NCBI GenBank assembly: GCA_013265495.1
Contig: MU058037.1
Coordinates: 993,498-1,057,497, forward strand
Direction of reading: 5' to 3'
DNA: 64,000 bases
DNA from: Vicugna vicugna
Taxonomy: Eukaryota
Part shown: piece by piece, positions 1 to 10,848 of the stretch
Position numbering within the stretch: the stretch's first letter is position 1
Layout of the letters: each line of letters opens with the position of its first letter
Program-made: the position numbers and the translations under genes
The notes under the pieces: model-generated
The model's database searches: none
What the model saw: the letters and a program-made list of their open reading frames with translations, nothing else
Told to the model about the DNA's origin: nothing

Positions 1-145
1 GGGGAACTATATTCAATATCTTGTAGTAACCTTTAATGAAAAAGAGTATGAAAACAAATACATGTATGTATATGCATGACTGGTACACTGCTGTACACCA
101 GAGATTGACACATTGTAACTGACTATACTTCAATTAAAAAAAAAG
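1..145 (+). mobile_element. L1 3' UTR end with poly(A)
   Basis: gggaactatattcaatatcttg...actatacttcaattaaaaaaaaa is nearly identical to the L1 tail at 54697-54825. Confidence 0.85.
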
Positions 146-1496
146 AAAGGCATATAAACAATTAAAACATAGTGTGATAACTGACATGATGTAATTACAC
201 AAATGGTACAGCAATCACTGTGCAGAAGCATCAAAATCTTGCAGTTGGTTGGAGAAAGGTTTTAGAAAGAAGTAATGTTTCTGCTGAGGCTTGAAGAATG
301 TCTTTAAAAAGAAAACAGAAACGACAAGGAAAAGTCGATGGGGGAAAACAAAAAGAGAAATATCTGGTAGAGGGAAATCTGTATGAGAAGACACAAGGTG
401 GGGAAACTGCTTTTTTTAGGACACTGAAAATACACAATTGGAGAAGAGGATGCCCACAGGCCAGTAGAGGGAAATGAAGCCAGAGAGGGAGACAGGTCAG
501 ACATGAAGGCCTTTCTGGGCTAAGCAAAGGGATCTAACATTATCCCAAATTCTAGAGCTGTACATCAGTGTCTATAAACAGACTTACATGTTAGAGGGCT
601 TACCTGGCAGCTGTGTCAGATAAGTGAGGCAGTGAGGCTGGGGGTGAGACCAGAAGCAGGGAAAGCAATAAGAAGGCACTTCCAGCCGTCCAGAGAAGCG
701 ATGAACGCATGCACTATGGTAAAGGCGATGGCTTGGGTGGCATAGCTGTGAGGGAAGCATAAAAGTAGAATCTACAGACCTTGATTACCAGTTAAATATG
801 GGAGCGAGGCAGGAGTGTGGAGGACTAGGCTTCTAGACTGTACAGTGAGTTGGCTCAGGGAACCATTCACCAGGAGAGGAAGCACTAGAAGAGGAGTCTG
901 CTGGCAGGGAGGTGATGATGCAGTAATGGATTCACTGGGGCTGAAGTGCCTGGATTACATCCAAGGGAAGTCGTCCAGATAACAGTTGTGAACAGCTATG
1001 AGCTGCTAGTATATCAAAGCCCAAAATGAAACTTAATGTTCAAATCAAACAAATGTTTACTTATAGACTTTTTTAAAGTAACAAAAGTAGTTTTATTTTC
1101 ATCAGATGATTTTTGTAGAACAGTGTGTAGCATCCTCCTACTCCTCCCTGGTCTAAGGTACAGCTGGCCCCCTTCAGAGTCAACAGCATAGGAAAGAAGA
1201 ACGGGAAAAGGAAGGGACACTAAGTTAAAATTATTTATTTGTGATAAAATACACCTAATGATAATTATACTGGTAGGTGCTCTTCCTCAAAGCACATGCT
1301 GTGGCGTTTGCTACTACTTTTGCTCCTTCTCCCCTATAAATATACAAGGACTTATGGATATATTCTATCTTTACCCTAAAGAGGGAACCAACTATGTTGA
1401 TTGCAACGAAACATAGGCAAAGTGTGGAGTAAATTAGAGTTAATGTTTTCAATTTTAAGCAACTATATAGATATTGCATTAAGAACCTAAATAATT

Positions 1497-2433
1497 TAGC
1501 TCATACAACTCAATAACCAAAAAAAACAAGCCAATCAAAAATGGGCAGAAGACCTAAAAAGACATTTTCTCCAATGAAGACATACAAATAAATGGCCAAT
1601 AGGCACATGGAAGGATGCTCACTATCGCTAATTATTAAAGAAATGCAAATCGAAACTACAATGAGGTATCACCTCACACCAGTCAGAATGGTTATCATTT
1701 AAAAAGTCAACAAACAATAAATGCTGGAGAGGGTGTAGAGAAAAGGGAACCCTCCTACACTGTTGGTGGGAACGTAATTTGGTGCAGCCATCATGGAGAA
1801 CAGTACGGAGGTTTGTTAAAATACTAAAAATAGACTTACTATATGATTTGGCAATGCCACTCCTGGGCATATATCCAGAGAAAACTATAATTCAAAAAGA
1901 CACATGCACCCCAATGTTCACAGCACCACTATTTACAATAGCCAAGATGTTGTAGCAACCTACCTGTCTGTTGACATATGACTGGATAAAGAAGTTGTGG
2001 TATATATATACAATGGAACACTATTCAACCATAAAAAAGAATAAAATAATGCCATTTGCAGCAACATTATCATACAAAGTGAAGTAAGGCAGACAAAGAC
2101 AAATATCCTATGATACCACTTATGTAGAACTTAGAAGAAAATGATACAAATGAACTTACTTACAAGACAGAAAGAGATTCACAGACACAGAAAACAAACT
2201 TATAGTTACCAAAGGTGAAAGAGGGGGCGTGATAAATTAGGAGTTTGGGATTAACATATACACACTATTATATATAAAAAAAGATAAACAACAAGGTCTT
2301 ACTGTGTAGCACAGGGAACTACATTCAGCATCTTGTAATAACCTATTATGAAAAAGAATATATGTAACTGAATCACTATGCTATACACCAGAAACTAATA
2401 CAACATTGTAAATCAACTATACTTCAATAAAAA
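1497..2433 (+). mobile_element. 5'-truncated L1 (ORF2 C-terminus, 3' UTR and poly(A))
   Basis: Typical L1 3' sequence. TSD aagaa(c/t)ctaaataatt at 1481-1496 and 2434-2449. Confidence 0.92.
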
Positions 2434-2523
2434 AAGAATCTAAATAATTGATGTATACTGAGCACTAATTAAAACATAGCAAGTGCTATGTGATGTTAAA
2501 ATGCAACTAAGTCATGTGGTTTT

Positions 2524-2655
2524 TTAAAGGTTTTTCGGGGGGCGGGGAGGTAATTAGGTCCACTTATTTATTTTTTAGAGAAGATATTGGGGATTGAACC
2601 CAGGTCCTTGTTCATGCTAGGCATGTGCTCTACCACTTGAGCTATATCCTCCCCA
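2524..2655 (-). mobile_element. tRNA(Ala)-derived camelid SINE (Vic-1-like)
   Basis: The reverse complement has A box TAGCTCAAGTGG, B box GGTTCAATCCC and an AT/C-rich tail. TSD catgtggtttt at 2513-2523 and 2657-2667. Confidence 0.88.
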
Positions 2656-3884
2656 CCATGTGGTTTTAAAAGATAAAAACTTAACGTTGACTCTCTAACA
2701 AATTTAATTTAAACAATTAATTAATAAGAGAGACTGTAGAAAAGGTAGAAACTTGAAAGCTTTTTTTCACAGAGTATCATATAAATGCATATAAAATACA
2801 TACAAAAAAATGACCTTCAGAATTACAGATAATTTTAATGTTTATATATCCGTTCCTATAATATATAAATATTAAACAATGAGTATGTATTGCTTTTTTA
2901 AACTAAAACACAAAAATTATTTAAGGCTATTTTCCCTAATAAAAAATTAAAGTATTTTGAAATATATTTTTAAGCATATTCTAAACTGAAAACCTAAGAT
3001 TATGCAGACATCTGTCCCTACAACAGATGTTTGCCCAACTACCTCCTCACTGTCTAAAATGCAGCCAAACGGTATCCAAATGTGATGTCAGTCTTGGTGA
3101 CAGACATCTGGGCTTATGCAGAGCTGGGGGCGCTAATAGCTTGCTCATATGTGACTGAAATATAACAGAGAGAGATGGAAAGGTTGAACTAAACAGGGAA
3201 AGGAAAGCTTTAGGGCATCAATTTAGAAAGCCATTTCAGATTGCTGGGAACCATGGATGGATGGGTTAAAAGGAGGAGTTTTCTCCAAGGCAGCCCATGC
3301 TAACTTAAGCCTGTTTAGATGCAAAGATCAAGAATGCGCACCATGGTGATGATGACTCTATAAACTCCCTGAAGACAGATTTGTCAGTCATAAAGCATAG
3401 GGCTAGGTCATCAAGGTAAGAGCAGCCACCATAGCTCAGCTACTGCACAAATAGCTCCCACAACTTAGGAGATCCCAAGACACCAATTCAGAAGAGAAAA
3501 TCTGAAATAAGGATTTATGCTGATAAGCACAATACTTTGCATATAGTCTTCAGTAATTTGATCACCAGGACTGGGAATATAATATCTGCTAAAGCTAAGT
3601 CCTCCACCATTTGTTCAGTGTTACTGCACAGTTTACTGAAGGTTAATCATCCTTATAACTTGGATATTAATGAGTAAACCATGAAATGAACACATGAAGA
3701 TGACAAAACCTGAAGAAAATGTATAGTATATTAAACTCTTTCAAAGGTGAACTCTCCTCATGTCTTAACATTAGATATTTGTAATTCATGTTTTTAAAAA
3801 TACCTTACATTAGAGCCAAATTTTAACTGTAAAACTGGACAATGTGCAATTCTCTGACCACAGGGGAAAGTGAAGGCAAAATGG

Positions 3885-4395
3885 CTAGTATGAGTTAGCT
3901 CTCACTGTATAACAAAGCATCCCAAATCTCAGTGACTTAAAACAACAAGTATTTATATTACTGCTCACAAAACTACAGGTAATCTGGGTGGTTCTTCTGG
4001 TCTCAGATGAGCTCCTGCCTGGGTCTGCAGTCAGGTGCGGGTTGGGTTGGAAGCTCTGCTAAGCTTGGCTACACACTCACACGTTTTGAGGTTGGCTGAC
4101 TTTAGGCTGGTGTAGGATGGCTCTCCTCAATGTGTTCTCTCATCTTCTAGCAAGGTAGACCAAGTTTGTTCTGTTGACAGGGTTCTGAGAGAGTAGAAGC
4201 ACACAAGGTCTCCAGGCTCAGAACTGGTACATCGACACTTCTACCATATTCTGTTGGGCAAAGTAAACACAAGGTCAGCCCATATTCAGGGTGGTGAGAA
4301 AACAGACTCCATCTCTTGATAAGAGAAACTGTGAAGACACACTAAAAGAGTGTAGCTATAGGGAGAGGTAAAGAATTAATTTTGCAGTCTGCTAC
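3885..4395 (-). mobile_element. MaLR LTR (MLT1-type)
   Basis: ctgtataacaaagcatcccaaatctcagtgacttaaaacaacaa is the reverse complement of the MLT1 3' end. Confidence 0.7.
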
Positions 4396-7300
4396 AGACA
4401 TAAACCAAACAGAAAATCCAAGTCAAATATTAGGAAAAAAGTTAAAACACAACAAGTGATGGCCAATGAAGTAAGCAATCCATCTCTTTCCTAATGCATG
4501 ATGACATGATGAAAAAAAAGTTTCATTCAGCAGAGGAATCTCCACTTTATCCCAGCCAAATATGAACTCCATCTATATCACATTTTTACTAGGGCTGCCC
4601 TTGAAAGATGCTTAAAATATAACTGAGTTCTTCCTACTGGAAATGAAATATACCTATTGATGATTCTGTCAAAGAAAAAAATGTATTACTGCATTCAGCA
4701 TAATGTTGCTGGAATTATGAGCTGTGCCAAATTCTGACACTTTTCAGAATGACTCAGATAAAACTTTGCCAAGAAAATTCCAATACCTGAGGCATTTTTT
4801 TCCTAAATTATCCAATTAATGACCTACTCTTTCCTCTTCCTTAGTTTTTATAGACACAATCCAAGCAGATTGCATTTTTCCATTTGTGACTCCTGAGCCA
4901 TTTGAAAATCAAGAATAGCTGAATCCAGAGAAATAATAAAAATCTTTGACAAGCAGTACAGCAGGGGCACTGACCAATCACAACAGTCTGGCACGGGATT
5001 TTGCTCTGCTGTGAGCCCCACTCCCACCTCTCCACTCACAGGGGAGGGATGAAAGATGCCCCTATTTCACCTCCCAGGAGAAAGACACATTAATGAGACC
5101 CTTGAGAGGGCTAAACGTGTGCTCTCCAGAGCATTAGAGATACTCTAGACTGTTGTTTGGAAAGTCTAAGTTGCAGGAAACAAGCTGACTGATTTCTCTG
5201 ATAGCTGAGGAACAGGGAGCTGGCAAGACTGGGACTGGCAAGTGCTGCCAGAGTTGATCAGGGAAAAGAAAGTATTTCTCATGGGCCAGATATTGCCCCT
5301 CGCTAGAAGCAGCTAGCGTGAAGGTCATCTTCTGTCTGGCCCCAGAGGACCATCGGGAGGGATGAACACAACTCACTGGAGAGAAGCTGTAGGAAGTGCC
5401 AGGTTCTCAGGGGCTGAACAGGAAATAAGAAATGAACTGGGAAAAAGATGTGTTCATCTTCATCAAGGAACTACAGGGAGAGATCCTAAGCAATGAGAGC
5501 AATTTTTATCAACTACAAAAGTGTCCGTGAAAGAAAGTATCAATTCTTAAAAACTGTAGTCAGGCCCAGAAAGCACTGTCCCAGTTTCATCTGGTGCCAA
5601 TCAAGTAAGACCTTCGCTACTTCCCTCGCCTCTCCTCCTCGACCCCCTGCACTCTAACTCTGGAGAACCAAGACCTCTATTTAGTGAAACAGGGGAGAAG
5701 AAATCAAAGCAAATGTGGGCAAGGCAAGAAGGGGACCACAACATTCTCCCCCAACTGCTAGATCTCCACCAGCCACAGCTGGGGAAGTGGGCAAAGGCCT
5801 CACTCTTAAACCTATACTAAAGTTTAACCATCACATCGGACTGGACATTTTAATTACCGACCACAGGGCTTTCTATATAGATGTATAGAGAAAAGTCATG
5901 AGATGACCCCAATTTTCACCTGGGAGAAAGTAAAATGTAAAAAGAGGAAACAAAGATAAAATTGTTTTATAATTATACATTACTCTGTCTTTCTATGATG
6001 GGCCAGTACAGAGACCTACCTCTCTTAAAGATGACATTCTCATAGAGGAAACAAAAATAAGAAAAGTGGTTAGTTATATAATAATAAGTGCCATGAAGAA
6101 AAATAAAGCAGGGTGAGGAGCTACAGACCGCTGGTAGGATGGTGCTATTTTCCACAGAGTAGCAAGGCAGGCATTGGAACAGGAACATGACGCAAGAGAG
6201 TCAGCCAGAGGAAGATCTGTGGCAAGATGGTCCTGGACCTGCAGTGCAATGCAAAACCATTTGAGGGCCGAGTTCCACCCTCCCATGGTTACCCTGGTTG
6301 CTGGGTCCAGAAAGGATGGTAGCTGCCGAGAGAATGGAGACTAGTAACCAGTGACCAAATGTGTCAGGCAGCAGCTTCCAAATCACCTTGGATACCTACT
6401 GAAGGACTATATTACTAAGCCCATCCATCTCTCAAACCTACTGAACAAGAATCTTGTGGGAATAAAGTAAAGGCTGCTATTTTTAGCTGATTTTCCACGA
6501 GATTCTCTCCTGCTGTCAGAGTCAGGAATCACTACCCTTCATGACACAGTGGCCATTTTATGAGCACCCACAAAAGAACTTCTGCTCAGGATCCGACTTC
6601 TGCTCTCTGAAATGTACATGTTTTATTTTGCCTCTTTGCTTTAAACAGATTTCATCTGTTATTAACAACAGTGCAGGACTTTCTGGCTCAAATTTTTGGT
6701 TTCAACTTTAACTTGGGCTTAATTTTACTATTTATTCTACCTTCATTTTCCCTTTTCTTGATACTTTTTTTATTTTTTATAAATACTATTTTTAGTATTT
6801 ATGCATACATTTTACCATTTTTAAGAATTAAACTGCCACTTCGGCAATCTTCAGAGTACTATAATGCACTGTACGTACATGTAATTTAGACTTATACCTG
6901 TTACAACTTCAAAGCCTTCTCTGATATAAGGTGGGATTCACATTATCTCTTTCCTTAAATGAAACATTTATTTTGTTATCTTTCTACCCACCACAGTCAT
7001 TCAAACAGTAACTGGATGAGCTCACACTTAATGCTATTTAAAATTTTTGTCTGCTACAACACATTCATCTGACCTGCTTTGCTGCATAACATATATTTCC
7101 CAAACATAACTAAAAATAAGTCTACCTCTTTTAACCCATGGGAATTTTATCATGATACTGATTTTTTCTGTCCATTACATTATCTAAGTGGTTTCATACC
7201 ACATTCAACCATAGTGAATTTCAATAAAAGTAGGAGAGCACTTTATAGATAGTGGAGAAAATTTAAAGTGAATTTGGCTGTTTTCTTATTACAAGAAACA

Positions 7301-8814
7301 AAGAACGGTATTGTACCTTAACAGAAATATTTCAACAGCTCCTAAACTCGGGCAAAAAAAGGGAGTCAAGTTTGTACTAGTCTAAGTACCTACAATAATA
7401 TGACAGAAGTCTTTACCACCAACATTTCATACTACAGCAGTCTGTACTCCTAATATCAAAGCATTCTCACTAGAAATACTGTATTAACACCGGACTTTCA
7501 AATTGCCAGGTGTGAAAAATCACCTACTTTAAAAAAAACGTACTGCTTATTTTAGGCTGGTCAAGGTTAAAATGGCCATTTATATTATTTCTAATTTCAG
7601 CTCTAAGCTTGCTTGCATCTGATCAGCCAAAACGAGAATTTGTTTTTCCTGTATCCAACAGAATAAAATGATCAATCAGCAATAAGTTCATTCTTTGCCA
7701 AAAAGAAATATGTTCTAAATTTATATATTATAAACTACATAATAAATTATATCCATATACTACACATTTCATAGTTATAATATGTACCATTTAGGAGAGG
7801 AAAAACTTCATGAGGGTTTATTCAAATGATATATAATAATACCCAAGAATGTCAATTTATATACACACACACGTATGAATTCTGAATGAAGTGTAAGTAG
7901 CCACCTTAGCAGGAACATAACAAGTCCCTATAATGCAAAAAATGATTCTAAGGGCACCTTCTAAAGCAATGAAATTCATACAATTTAGTCACATTCATTA
8001 ATATCATTTACTTTTCTCTAATACAAAGTCATCCGGTAGTCTTACTGTTAACTTCATGCTAAAAGATTCTAAGTTTAGAATCTTTACCAATAAAAGAAAT
8101 AAGAAATAATACTTATTTTCTCAAGTTAGATGGAAAAGACTTTTCATACAATAATGAAACCCAGGCAAACGTGAATTTGTTATTATAAGAATGATGATCA
8201 TTAATATATTATTCCAATACTTCCATGACACTTAAACTGTAGTTTAAAATCTAATACACAAGAAACCATAAGGACAAACTCTACTATGAAATGAAGAATA
8301 ATAAAATCTATTCAGCTCTAAATATTTAGTTCAAGACAATGAGCAGAGGAGCACACAATTCATCTGAATGACATCATTTAAACAGTGTAATAACATACTG
8401 TTACTTAAGACTAGTAAGTGTGGTGCATTATGTGATTCCAACCATTGTGAAAAAACAGTATTAACAAGGAACAGTATCCCTACCAGCTTGGAACTTACAG
8501 AATCAATAACTTTGACCATAGCTTTCCAAATGATTTAATAATGCCTTTTAACATTACAAACATAAATCTATCATAGTACTGGAATTCTGATGTATTTTGG
8601 TGCTTCTGAGGCTGCCTAAAAATGAGAAGGTATCCAAGTGAAATTCATTATATACTTATTATATCACAAAATTTCAGTGCCTAAAATGTGAAATAATCGT
8701 CTAACATTTAGCTGTCTGCCTTACGCTATATTCGAGATTGTGACTTCCAGGATTTTTATTGTACTTTGGGAAATGAGAGGTAAAACATCATTTTAAAAAA
8801 GCACTATGTCAAAT

Positions 8815-8878
8815 CATTACTGTACACCTTAAATTTATTCAGTGTTATATGTCAATTATATCTTAATAAAACTGGGAG
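8815..8878 (+). mobile_element. Short L1 3'-terminal fragment inside the retrocopy 3' region
   Basis: ctgtacaccttaaatttattcagtgttatatgtcaattatatcttaataaaactggg. Confidence 0.65.
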
Positions 8879-9321
8879 AAATAAACTGTGACTGTGCTTA
8901 TATTCATGGAAAAATAGCATTTTTACTATGTTGAAATTTAATCCTTTTATACAGGTTAACAAGACATATCACCAAAAAAAAAACCAACAACAACAACAGA
9001 AACCTTTTGAAAGTGGAACAATGCCAATTTATTTCAGGAGCTCAAATTATAAAAGGTCACCCTTGGATCAATTTCCCACACTAAGGGAACAAAGGTGTTA
9101 AAATACAGCAATGCTCCACTGAGCCATTTATCCACACTACAGTACAGAACTTGAAAGAAATCCTAACGTCCAGGTTTAAAACCATCTTAAGAGACAAGAT
9201 CCTGTGTTTTACAGCTATCTCTGTAAGAGGTGCTCTTCCTTCCGCAAAGTTTAATTAAAAGGTTGGCTATATTTAAGGGTTTTTTTCCTCATCAGTTCTT
9301 CAGTTCAAACCACTATTATCA

Positions 9322-10272
9322 TTATTCATAGGATCTATATCTTGTCTGATATGAATGATATGATCCAGAAAAGGGGGCTAGGGAAGGTGGACCTTGCACT
9401 GGTGGAGGAGGTAATAAGAGTCTTTTTGATATAAGCCTCATACCAGGATTTGTTTTATCCAGTTGTGTAAACAGAGGGCTCTGAGTTTCTGGTTCTTCAG
9501 TGAATTGGGCTAAAGAGTTCAGATAATGACAGTTACAGGGGAATTCACTTACAGGTATACAACCATCATGAGACAAAGGAGATCCCAGAGGAGGAGGATT
9601 CCTATAAGGTGGTATGTGGGCAGTAACACACGCAGGTGATGGATTAGAAGTCATGGGTGGAGGTGGTACTTGACTACAACCCAGCTGAGGAGTACCTGAA
9701 TACTGGAGAAAATATGACAATGGATGGCATCCTGGTGGTGGAGAAGATGGGGGTCGTGCACGTTCTTCTGGAGGCATACTATAAGGATGCAATTCCACTG
9801 GCTGACTGTGATATTCAGGATGATGGTGAGCAGGTACTGGGGCAGGAGGTGATAGTTCTTTGACACCAGAATGTGAGTCACCCTGAACAGGGAGGATTAT
9901 TAAATTGCTGTGATCTCCTCTTGAAATTCTAATGGTTTCCTGATGTATCAAAAGAGGTGGGGGTGGCGACAATTTTGCTAGAGGACCATGAAGATCCTCG
10001 TGTGGCTGATGACTGTGCTTGTGTGACACACGTTGCACAGGAGGTGGTGACATAATGGTGTACAGCTCTGATGGAAAATGGCTCACGTGGTCCTTATCTA
10101 GCAGCATTTCACGGATTTCCGTTGTTGGTGAAGCAATAGAAGGGTGAACTCTTTTAAGCAGAGCACGGGTGACAGGGTTTTTTTTAGCTCTCTTATGGCG
10201 GTAGTTGTTATGAGCTCTTAAGTCTCTTTGAGACAAGTAAGTTTTCCTGCATTTTTGGACAGTGCTACACAT
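9322..10272 (-). CDS. Residual open 316-aa ORF of the CBLL2 retrocopy (C2H2-like finger plus Pro/His-rich tail, no RING); translation unproven
   Basis: From the ORF track. CSTVQKCRKTYLSQRDLRAHNNYRH corresponds to the Hakai C2H2 finger. The start context GTCTTCATGT is a weak Kozak. Confidence 0.3.
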   Translation of the reverse strand: MCSTVQKCRKTYLSQRDLRAHNNYRHKRAKKNPVTRALLKRVHPSIASPTTEIREMLLDKDHVSHFPSELYTIMSPPPVQRVSHKHSHQPHEDLHGPLAKLSPPPPLLIHQETIRISRGDHSNLIILPVQGDSHSGVKELSPPAPVPAHHHPEYHSQPVELHPYSMPPEERARPPSSPPPGCHPLSYFLQYSGTPQLGCSQVPPPPMTSNPSPACVTAHIPPYRNPPPLGSPLSHDGCIPVSEFPCNCHYLNSLAQFTEEPETQSPLFTQLDKTNPGMRLISKRLLLPPPPVQGPPSLAPFSGSYHSYQTRYRSYE

Positions 10273-10759
10273 GAAGACAGAACCTCACATGTGCTCCTCA
10301 ATTTGCAGCACAGGAATACCACAGCCTGGACATATCTTATCTTCTTTTTGGGGGGTATAAACTAGCACAGTCATAGCAAAACGCATGCTTGCAAAGAATT
10401 ATACGCCCGTTGATTTTAAAAGACATAATAGGCATATCACATTTGTCACAGAAATGAACTAGTAAATCATCCTTTTCACCTATGATGGTTATCTTAAAGT
10501 CCTCCCAAATGCATTCAGGAAATTTTCTTTCTTCCCAAGAGTTCACCTCCTTTACAACCTTACTGCTCTCCTCTATTACATTCAAATTCTTCACCAGTGG
10601 GCATCCCATTCATAGTCCTTGGAATTTGAGACACAGATTTGATTTTGCTCACCTGCTTGGAAATGAGCTTTAAAGGAACTCGTATTCAACATCAAGGCCA
10701 CCATACGATCCAGAACTCTCGGTGTGTGGTAACTCACTTTCAGCGTCAGCTGGATCCAT
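9322..10759 (-). pseudogene. CBLL2: Intronless Hakai/CBLL1 retrocopy, the CBLL2 (ZNF645) ortholog, disrupted in its N-terminal/RING half
   Basis: Hakai-like peptide recovered across frames: MDPADAESELPHTESSGSYGGLDV / IRVPLKLISKQ...MNGMPTGEEFEC...Q*GCKGGELLGRKK / FPECIWEDFKITIIGEKDDLLVHFCDKCDMPI..GRIILCKHAFCYDCASLY / QKEDKICPGC..EEHM*GSVFMCS...QTRYRSYE*. There are no introns, and the position just 3' of PHEX matches human CBLL2. Lesions: frameshift ~10688, TAA 10560-10562, frameshift ~10525, +1 C in the C6 run 10350-10355, TGA 10285-10287. Confidence 0.9.
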
Positions 10760-10804
10760 GTTTGGCTGTTCAGCTAGGAAGCCACCCGGGAGTGAAGTCA
10801 CACT

Positions 10805-10848
10805 CCGCATGCGCAGCACAAGCCTCCCCACGCCCCAGAGAAGGAAGT
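10805..10848. promoter_or_regulatory. Cluster of promoter-type motifs upstream of the retrocopy ATG: NRF1-like, SP/KLF GC box, ETS core
   Basis: ccgcatgcgca at 10805-10815, ccccacgcccc at 10826-10836 and ggaagt at 10843-10848, in locally CpG-enriched sequence. Confidence 0.4.

Noticed and set aside
3006..3031. Small inverted repeat acatctgt...acagatgt
   Set aside because: An 8-10 bp stem is expected by chance in 64 kb.
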